This document shows, piece after piece, positions 8,058 through 14,921 of a DNA stretch of 19,966 nt (position 1 is the first letter of the stretch; each line of letters starts with the position of its first letter). The notes under the pieces are model-generated. The model worked only from the letters and a program-made list of their open reading frames with translations, searched no databases and had not been told where the DNA came from. The DNA is from a bacterium (GTDB lineage: Bacteria > SZUA-182 > DTGQ01 > JAFGSM01). The translations under genes were made by a program, and so were the position numbers. Location of the stretch: contig JBLIRO010000082.1 in NCBI GenBank assembly GCA_049472335.1, positions 1 through 19,966 of the forward strand, read 5' to 3'.

Positions 8058-8144
8058 TCTATCCGGAAAAGCAGGTTTAATTGTAAGTTCCAAAAAGGCC
8101 AATAATTTTCAAAGGTAATTATTAAGCCAAAAAGGACACAAATA

Positions 8145-8708
8145 ATGGTACCTATTGTTATCCTCAGCTTCGCTTTCAGTTTCGTTTTTTTGATCATTCT
8201 CTGGTTAATCGTCATTTATAATGGCTTGGTCCGTCGAAAAAATCTTATGAAGGAGGCTTGGAGCGGCATTGACGTTCAGCTTAAACGCCGGGCGAATCTT
8301 ATACCGAATCTCATTGAAACAGTCAAAGGCTATATGACTCATGAAAAAGAGGTTTTGGTTAACATTACTGAGCTCAGGTCTAAAAGCATGAAATCTGATG
8401 ATGTTGGGGAAAAAGGGCGCCTGGAAGGTGAGCTGTCACGTTCTCTTGCAAACCTGTTTGCTGTGGCGGAAAATTATCCGGACCTGAAAGCAAACCAAAA
8501 TTTTCTGGATTTGCAGAAGCAACTCTCAGAAATCGAAGATCAGATTCAAATGGCCAGACGCTATTACAATGGAACAGTTCGTAACTTCAACATCCAGATA
8601 GAATCCTTCCCCAGCAACATTGTAGCCAATATGTTCAATTTCAAGCAGGCCGCTTTCTTTGAAATTGAAGATGAAAAAGATCGGGCAGTGCCCAAGGTTA
8701 AATTTTAG
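8145..8708 (+). CDS. lemA: LemA family protein
   Basis: N-terminal TM helix followed by hallmark LemA motifs YNGLV, AWSGIDVQLKRRANLIPNL, AVAENYPDLKANQNF and ARRYYN...FPSNIVA. Confidence 0.95.
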   Translation: MVPIVILSFAFSFVFLIILWLIVIYNGLVRRKNLMKEAWSGIDVQLKRRANLIPNLIETVKGYMTHEKEVLVNITELRSKSMKSDDVGEKGRLEGELSRSLANLFAVAENYPDLKANQNFLDLQKQLSEIEDQIQMARRYYNGTVRNFNIQIESFPSNIVANMFNFKQAAFFEIEDEKDRAVPKVKF

Positions 8709-8751
8709 CCACTCGAAGTTCTTTAAATGGCAGTGAAAAAAAGGGGGTAGC

Positions 8752-10677
8752 ATGAAAATACAGAAAAAAATCATTCTGCTCACACTGATTTCATTATATT
8801 CATTATTCTGCCCTGTTAAATCGTTAGCAAATATCCAACAGGAAAAAATTATCGATTTTAATAGTGTCATTTACGTTTTTCAGGATTCTCACATAAAGGT
8901 CATTGAAACGATCCAGGTGGTATGTGCACAGAAGAAAATAAAACGGGGTATAACCCGGGAGTTTCCTACCAGGTATAAAGACCGTTTTGGGAATACAGTT
9001 GATGTGGGATTTGAGATTGAGGAAATCCTAAAAAACGGCAGCCCTGAGCCTTACCATACTCAGAAATTATCGAATGGCCAACGGATCTTTATCGGCAGTA
9101 AAGATGTATTTCTCAAACCCGGTGTCTACACTTACACGATCACTTACAACACCACTCGACAACTCGGATTTTTTGAGGATTATGACGAACTGTACTGGAA
9201 TGTAACCGGAGATGACTGGGCTTTTCTTATTGAAAAGGCCTCTGCAAAGGTTATATTGCCCCGGGGGGCTGAAGTCCTTAAAAAAACAGCATATACCGGT
9301 CCAAAAGGGGCTCAAGACCGCAATTTTGAAATCTCCTCTATTACACTAGATACAATTACCTTCACAACAACAAAATATCTTGAACCGGGTGAAGGTTTGA
9401 CTATTGCCGTATCCTGGCCCAAGGGGATCGTGAGTGAACCGGGGCCAGGCCAAAAGATCGCTTTTGTTTTTCAGGATAATAGAACTGTTTTCATCGCACT
9501 GGTTGGACTCATTATCTGCCTTTTCTACTATCTGATAGTCTGGGTTAAGGTTGGAAAAGACCCGGAGAAAGAAACAATCATTCCCCTTTTTACACCACCG
9601 GAATCATTTACCCCGGCAGATGTCAGATATCTCATGCGTATGGGTTACGATGATAAAACCTTTGCCTCCGCTATAGTAGGCATGGCGGTAAAAGGCTTTT
9701 TGAAAATTACCGAAGATGAGGATAAAACCTTTACGCTTAAAAAAACAGGGGCAGGTGATTCTCTTTTATCTTCAAGGGAAAAAAAGATCGCCTCTGAGCT
9801 TTTGGGAACCGGAAACGAAATTGTTCTCAAACAGTATAACCACACAACTATTCAGAAAGCCATCAAGACATTAAGAAAAGGACTCCAACGGGATTTAGAA
9901 AAAATCTACTTTTTGCAAAATTCATCTTACTTTGTGCCAGGCATTATTCTTTCTCTTTTTACCCTGGCGCTTGCAGTACGCACAGCATCGGACAAGTCCC
10001 AGGCAGGATTTATGCTCTTATGGCTTTCTTTTTGGTCTATCGGATGCTCCGCTCTTTTCATAAATACTAAAAACTTATGGAAAAAGGTCATGGCAGGGAC
10101 AAAGGAATCCATGGGAAAAGCACTAGGGGGCACCTTCTTTTTCCTCCCTTTCTTTGGTGGAGAGATCTTAGGTATAGTTTTTCTCGCTCATTCTCTCACT
10201 CCGTTGGCAGTAATATTCATTTTAGGAATAGTTTTCCTTAATATACTCTTTTACCAGCTTTTGAAGGCTCCAACCATTCGAGGGCGAAAGGTCATGGACC
10301 AGATCGAGGGTTTTAAGCTCTATCTTTCTGTAGCGGAAAAGGAACGCCTTGATATGATGAATCCACCTGATAAAACTCCCGCTTTATTTGAAAAATATCT
10401 GCCCTATGCCCTTGCCCTGGATGTTGAAAATCAATGGAGCGAGCAATTTTCCGATGTTCTGGCAAAGGCAGGTGAAGGGAAAGACGGGTATTCTCCTGCC
10501 TGGTATTCAGGAGGTTCCTGGGAAAGAATGGGATATTCAGGTTTGGCCTCAAACCTTGGCTCGTCCTTTTCCGATGCAGTATCTTCTTCGTCAACCGCCC
10601 CGGGTTCCAGTTCGGGAAGTGGCGGAGGTGGTTCCTCCGGAGGCGGTGGAGGTGGCGGAGGAGGTGGTGGATGGTAA
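8752..10677 (+). CDS. DUF2207 family predicted membrane protein
   Basis: Signal-like N-terminus, IKRGITREFP and DELYWNVTG..W motifs, several TM helices, FEKYLPYALALDVE..W, and a Ser/Gly-rich tail ending GGGGGW. Adjacent to lemA, as is common for this family. Confidence 0.9.
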   Translation: MKIQKKIILLTLISLYSLFCPVKSLANIQQEKIIDFNSVIYVFQDSHIKVIETIQVVCAQKKIKRGITREFPTRYKDRFGNTVDVGFEIEEILKNGSPEPYHTQKLSNGQRIFIGSKDVFLKPGVYTYTITYNTTRQLGFFEDYDELYWNVTGDDWAFLIEKASAKVILPRGAEVLKKTAYTGPKGAQDRNFEISSITLDTITFTTTKYLEPGEGLTIAVSWPKGIVSEPGPGQKIAFVFQDNRTVFIALVGLIICLFYYLIVWVKVGKDPEKETIIPLFTPPESFTPADVRYLMRMGYDDKTFASAIVGMAVKGFLKITEDEDKTFTLKKTGAGDSLLSSREKKIASELLGTGNEIVLKQYNHTTIQKAIKTLRKGLQRDLEKIYFLQNSSYFVPGIILSLFTLALAVRTASDKSQAGFMLLWLSFWSIGCSALFINTKNLWKKVMAGTKESMGKALGGTFFFLPFFGGEILGIVFLAHSLTPLAVIFILGIVFLNILFYQLLKAPTIRGRKVMDQIEGFKLYLSVAEKERLDMMNPPDKTPALFEKYLPYALALDVENQWSEQFSDVLAKAGEGKDGYSPAWYSGGSWERMGYSGLASNLGSSFSDAVSSSSTAPGSSSGSGGGGSSGGGGGGGGGGGW

Positions 10678-10706
10678 AGAAGGTTCAGGTCAGAAAGATG
10701 ACCGAT

Positions 10707-11420
10707 TTACCGCTTTCCGCCCAGATAGGCATGTAAAATATCAGGATTTTCCAAAAGCTTTGTTGCCTTGTCTTCCAACACCATATTTCCAACCGCCATG
10801 ACATACCCCCTGTGCGCCAGTTTTAAGGCGGCCCTCGCATTCTGTTCCACCAGAACTACTGTAACGCCGGTTTTGTTGATCCTGTCAATGGTCGAAAAGA
10901 TTGTTTTCACCAGGATGGGTGCCAGACCGAGGCTTGGTTCGTCGAGAAGCAGAATTTTGGGATTGGTCATCAGGGCACGGCTGATGCACAGCATCTGCTG
11001 CTCACCGCCGCTCAGTGTCCCGGCCAGTTGGCTTTTACGCTCTGCCAGACGGGGAAATAGATCGAAGATCCATTTTAAGGTCTTACGAATAAAGACCTTA
11101 TCTTGCACTGTATAGGCGCCCAGGTTGAGGTTTTCCAGAACTGTCAGTGTTCCAAAGATTCTGCGGTTTTCGGGCGCCTGCGTGATCCCTGCCTTTACAA
11201 TCCGGTCAGCAGGGAGTTTATGCAAGGGATTCCCCTTAAAAAGGATTTCTCCCTGGGAGGGTTTAATGAGTCCGCTTATGGAAAAAAGGGTGGTTGATTT
11301 TCCCGCGCCGTTGGCACCAAGGATAGCCACTATTTCTCCTTCATTCACATGAAAATTAATCCCGTGGAGGGCTTCCACATTGCCGTATTTTACATGAAGA
11401 TTCTTGATCTGCAGGAACAT
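10707..11420 (-). CDS. livF: Branched-chain amino acid (HAAT family) ABC transporter ATP-binding protein, LivF type
   Basis: Walker A GANGAGKST, signature LSGGEQQML, Walker B LLLDEPSLGLAP, and VEQNA. Confidence 0.92.
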   Translation of the reverse strand: MFLQIKNLHVKYGNVEALHGINFHVNEGEIVAILGANGAGKSTTLFSISGLIKPSQGEILFKGNPLHKLPADRIVKAGITQAPENRRIFGTLTVLENLNLGAYTVQDKVFIRKTLKWIFDLFPRLAERKSQLAGTLSGGEQQMLCISRALMTNPKILLLDEPSLGLAPILVKTIFSTIDRINKTGVTVVLVEQNARAALKLAHRGYVMAVGNMVLEDKATKLLENPDILHAYLGGKR

Positions 11421-11425
11421 ATCTA

Positions 11426-12190
11426 TTAATCCTCATCCGTGCCCAGATAGGCCTCGATCACCTGAGGGCTGGCTTTGATTGTTTCAGGTCTTCCTTCGGC
11501 AATCTTTCTGCCGTAATCGAGCACAATGATCTTTTCGCAAACCTTCATCACCAATCCCATATCATGCTCAATCAAGAGGATTGTCAGCCCTCTTGCCCTC
11601 ATTTTTTTGATGAGATTTCCCAGGCATTCTGTTTCCTGGTCATTCATGCCGCCGGCAGGCTCATCGAGGATTAGAAGGTGCGGCTGGGTTGCAAGCGCAC
11701 GTGCTATCTCCAGTAGACGCTGGTTCCCGTGGGAAAGGTTTTTTGAAAGATGGTTGGCATTTTTCTGAAGCCCAACAAACCTTAATTCCCGGAGGGCTAT
11801 ATTCAGGGCTTTGTTTTCTTCATTTTGTTGGCTCCGTGTATGTAACATGCCGCCAAACATTCCGGATTTCGTGCGGCAGTGACATCCGGCCAGAACGTTT
11901 TCCAGCACAGTTAGATTCTGAAAAAGACGGATGGTCTGAAATGTACGTGCAATGCCAAAGGATACAATACGATATGTCCGAAGGCCAACAATTGATTGCT
12001 TATTGAATATGATTACCCCTTGATCAGGCTGATCATTTCCGGTTATCAGGTTGAAGATGGTTGTTTTTCCCGCGCCGTTTGGCCCGATTAATCCGACAAT
12101 TGCACTCTCATCCACACTGAAGGAAACCTTGTCAACGGCTGTCAATCCGCCAAAGGTCTTTGTGAGGCTTTGCAAACATAAAAGACTCAT
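11426..12190 (-). CDS. livG: Branched-chain amino acid ABC transporter ATP-binding protein, LivG type
   Basis: FGGLTAV, GPNGAGKTT, GIARTFQ, LEIARAL, LDEPAGG, IEHDM and the C-terminal VIEAYLG. It shares an ATGA overlap with livM. Confidence 0.92.
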   Translation of the reverse strand: MSLLCLQSLTKTFGGLTAVDKVSFSVDESAIVGLIGPNGAGKTTIFNLITGNDQPDQGVIIFNKQSIVGLRTYRIVSFGIARTFQTIRLFQNLTVLENVLAGCHCRTKSGMFGGMLHTRSQQNEENKALNIALRELRFVGLQKNANHLSKNLSHGNQRLLEIARALATQPHLLILDEPAGGMNDQETECLGNLIKKMRARGLTILLIEHDMGLVMKVCEKIIVLDYGRKIAEGRPETIKASPQVIEAYLGTDED

Positions 12191-13146
12191 GTGGATTCCT
12201 CGCCTATAGCATCATCGACCATGGCATATGTCCTGCCTTTTGATGGCAGGATTCCCTGTCCCCGGAAGATCATGATGAGTATCATGGCCGCGCCGAAAAC
12301 AAGCATCCTGGCATTGGCAAACCCGCGAAAGATCTCGGGAAGGCCGATTATCAGAAAGGCACCCAAAAGCGCACCAGGGATGCTGCCTGAACCACCCAGA
12401 ATGACGATCATGAACATAATCACCGATTCCCAGAAGTTGAAAGATTCGGGTGAAATGATCATCATCTTGGAGGCAAAGATATTCCCGGCCATTCCGGCCC
12501 AGGCAGCGCCCAGAACAAATACAGTCAGTTTATAATGGGCCGTATCGATGCCGCTGCCCTCCGCGGCCACTTCATCCTCCTTTAAATAGTTCAATGCACG
12601 GCCAAAGCGGGATCGCTCCAGGCGATTAAAAAGGAATATTGTTAGAGCCACGAAAGTCCAGATATAATAAAAAAAATGATGTGTTTTATAGATCCGCAAC
12701 CCGAACAACTCAGGCCGGTGAATGCCGAATATCCCGTTAGCGCCGCCCGTTATGCCAAATATGTTGTTGATCATAGCAATCCGGAAGATCTCGCCGATTC
12801 CGATAGTCACTATACATAGATAATCTCCTCGGAGATGAATAATGGGACGGATTATGATCGCTGCAAAGAGAGCTGACGTGAGGGCACAAACCGGGAGGAG
12901 AAAGAGGATGGGAATATGATAAGTGGTATTCAAAATAGCGGCTGTGTAAGCCCCAACCCCATAAAAGGCGGCATGGCCCAGATTGAACAAGCCCGTATGG
13001 CCCACTATGAGATTCAGACTCAAACCCAGTAAGGCGTACAACCCGATATTATTCAGGACATCGATCCAGTAACGGTTTAAAAATAGAGGTGACAAGAACA
13101 AAAAGGCTATCAATATGCCATAAGGAATGAATCTTTTTGCTTTCAT
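12187..13146 (-). CDS. livM: Branched-chain amino acid ABC transporter permease, LivM type
   Basis: LNLIVGHTGLFNLGHAAFYGVGAY, LRGDYLCIVTIGIGEI, SRFGRA...DEVAA and ISPESF...GGSGS; multiple TM helices. Confidence 0.9.
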   Translation of the reverse strand: MKAKRFIPYGILIAFLFLSPLFLNRYWIDVLNNIGLYALLGLSLNLIVGHTGLFNLGHAAFYGVGAYTAAILNTTYHIPILFLLPVCALTSALFAAIIIRPIIHLRGDYLCIVTIGIGEIFRIAMINNIFGITGGANGIFGIHRPELFGLRIYKTHHFFYYIWTFVALTIFLFNRLERSRFGRALNYLKEDEVAAEGSGIDTAHYKLTVFVLGAAWAGMAGNIFASKMMIISPESFNFWESVIMFMIVILGGSGSIPGALLGAFLIIGLPEIFRGFANARMLVFGAAMILIMIFRGQGILPSKGRTYAMVDDAIGEEST

Positions 13147-13172
13147 ATCTTCTCAGTGCCCCGCTCATCCAT
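13143..13172 (-). pseudogene. Possible 3'-terminal relic of livH (mini-ORF MDERGTEKI*) whose stop overlaps the livM start (ATGA)
   Basis: The tail ER.TEKI* resembles LivH C-termini of the GExxxEKV* type and sits in the usual livH/livM overlap position. There is no LivH-like sequence further upstream in frame. Confidence 0.45.
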
Positions 13173-13323
13173 TTGTGCGTATGATCCCAGGAAAGATCTT
13201 GCTAACCATAATACAACTTTTTTGCCCGCTTTAAAATATGATGCAATCGTAAGAGTCTAAAATATTAAGGGAAGTTAGCTCTAAATTAGATTTTTATTTT
13301 TGTATTATGCAGTTAACAATATA

Positions 13324-13344
13324 TTGATGTTTTTTCGGCATCAA
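13324..13344. promoter_or_regulatory. Palindromic site TTGATG-N9-CATCAA upstream of livMGF
   Basis: 6-bp inverted arms in an AT-rich intergenic region; same core as 473-493. Confidence 0.4.
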
Positions 13345-13494
13345 GATTACTTTTTATAATTGCATCAAATATTGACATCTCTGGAAAAAAGGGTTAAGAG
13401 AAATGAAGAAATATATGAACGATATGACTTCTCCGGTTTAAATGTCTTTGATTTTATCTGCTTCAATGTCAACCTGGGTTTTCTTTGGAAGCCA

Positions 13495-13516
13495 GGGCCG
13501 GGGTTTTCCCCGGCCC
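13495..13516. terminator. Strong GC hairpin GGGCCGGGG-TTTT-CCCCGGCCC about 20 bp downstream of the App1-family gene (terminator or RNA-stabilising stem)
   Basis: Perfect 9-bp all-GC stem with a 4-nt loop. There is no clear U-tract on either strand. Confidence 0.55.
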
Positions 13517-13537
13517 ACTGATATTTAGACTCGGTCA

Positions 13538-14623
13538 CTATCGATGTCCAGCTTGCCAGACAAAGGATACAGCCAAATTATCCCCATCTTCAAAGAAATA
13601 CCAGGGTACTGAACCGGACTCTTCCTTCAGGTTGATAAATCGCTCCTGTTGTGGTTCCATATTTCCGGCATCCCTTATACAAATGGCTTGTATTTGCTGG
13701 GGATACAGCTTTGCGATACGGGTATAGATCTCAGGGTCCTTTTCCCCAGAGTCACCTACAAGTATAAACCTTCTTTTAGGAAACCTTCCTATAATATTCT
13801 GTATATGTTCTATTTTATATGCCTCCTGATCAGATACAAGAAATTCGATCACACTACTGTCTTTGAGCCTCAAATATTTTAAGTGAAAGGATCCCTGTGG
13901 AAAATTATTTTGCTGAACGAAATCAGAAAGAGGCTCATACAATTGCCAGGGAGAACCTGAGACATAATGAAACACAACTCCTTTTGAGGCCCACTGTTGA
14001 TACAGGGCACTCATGCCCTGTACAGGACGGTACAATCTTAAAAAGGTATTACGGACCAGCTCCTTTTTGTCAAGGACATTGCTAATCTTAATGGTATCGT
14101 CAATATCCGAAATGACAGAGATGCCCTCTGGTTCTATCAACTGAGCCTCCCCTTTAAAGAGCCGCTTGTCATTGGTGGGCATAACAGTCTGGAAGGGGAT
14201 AAAATTATTGGGCTTTATGTCTTTTTTCAGGCCCTCAGGGTTTATTGGAATGATTGTAATAGAATGACCGTTAGGCCCTGATTTTTTCAGATTATATATG
14301 GCATCACCCAGCCTAATGGAAATAACCTTGTTACGCTCGTTATCCACCATAAACAGGCGAGACCGTTCATCAAAAATACTATATTCCTCATCGGTCTTTT
14401 GTAATCCCACCATTTTACCTAACTGCTTCAGGAACTGGCTCCGAATCATTGAATCTGTCTCCGGTTCAAAAATATGGGCATGGATCTCAAGGTTCACAAT
14501 CCCATTTTCTGAAAAATATCCGTATGTAGGGAAAAAGACCAGGCTCTCATCCTCTTTTATTCCAGAGGCACACGAGAAGGTAAAAATGATTATAGGTAAA
14601 AGCAGTGCAGCAGTTTTTCTCAT
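13538..14623 (-). CDS. App1 family (DUF2183) phosphatidate-phosphatase-like HAD enzyme, probable lipoprotein
   Basis: ISDIDDTIK (DxDxT motif), YVSGSPWQLY and FILVGDSGEKDPEIY. The N-terminus MRK-hydrophobic-FSC resembles a lipoprotein signal. RBS AGGGAGGGAG at 14631-14640. Confidence 0.88.
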   Translation of the reverse strand: MRKTAALLLPIIIFTFSCASGIKEDESLVFFPTYGYFSENGIVNLEIHAHIFEPETDSMIRSQFLKQLGKMVGLQKTDEEYSIFDERSRLFMVDNERNKVISIRLGDAIYNLKKSGPNGHSITIIPINPEGLKKDIKPNNFIPFQTVMPTNDKRLFKGEAQLIEPEGISVISDIDDTIKISNVLDKKELVRNTFLRLYRPVQGMSALYQQWASKGVVFHYVSGSPWQLYEPLSDFVQQNNFPQGSFHLKYLRLKDSSVIEFLVSDQEAYKIEHIQNIIGRFPKRRFILVGDSGEKDPEIYTRIAKLYPQQIQAICIRDAGNMEPQQERFINLKEESGSVPWYFFEDGDNLAVSFVWQAGHR

Positions 14624-14682
14624 GGCAATACTCCCTCCCTTTCATATTCACCCTTAAGAGTTAATAATTCTTCAGCAATGTC

Positions 14683-14711
14683 AGAGTATTCTATAATATA
14701 AACACTATCAA
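14683..14711 (-). promoter_or_regulatory. Candidate sigma70 promoter for the App1-family gene
   Basis: Minus strand TTGATA-N17-TACTCT, about 60 bp upstream of the ATG. Confidence 0.35.
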
Positions 14712-14921
14712 GAGCAAAGGTGAAGTCTGCAAGAAACCTGTATGAATACCCAATAATGTATAAATAAGGTACCTTAGCATTAAGGGAATACGATCTTGCG
14801 GGAATTGATATTGTTGAATGATGACATTTTGACAAAGCAAAATTCAAAATCTTGGTTGGTACCCGAATAAGTAAAACAAAGAGTTCCTGTTTTATTCCAA
14901 TCAAAGCGGTCGACCTGGTTA

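Larger units (their letters stand above)
7792..8082. repeat. ~55-bp imperfect inverted repeat (7792-7846 and 8028-8082); each arm contains a full outward-facing sigma70 promoter
   Basis: The reverse complement of the left arm aligns to the right arm at 46 of 56 columns (manual alignment), including the identical blocks TTGACAAAAGTT and TATACTT. Confidence 0.88.

Noticed and set aside
7792..8082. Autonomous insertion sequence
   Set aside because: There is only 181 bp between the arms, no transposase and no evident target-site duplication. It is kept only as an inverted promoter duplication.
8003..8215. 70-aa minus-strand ORF
   Set aside because: Antisense to the lemA start and promoter; no supporting signals.
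10600..10674. G-rich low-complexity tract as a phase-variable repeat or G-quadruplex element
   Set aside because: It encodes the family-typical Gly-rich tail of DUF2207 with mixed GGN codons.
10688..10703. Hairpin GGTCA-GAAAGA-TGACC between the convergent DUF2207 and livF genes as a terminator
   Set aside because: Only a 5-bp stem with no real U-tract; too weak to call.
14620..14904. 94-aa minus-strand ORF bridging the giant gene and the App1-family gene
   Set aside because: Non-ATG start, AT-rich, no motif, and it spans the likely App1 promoter and RBS.
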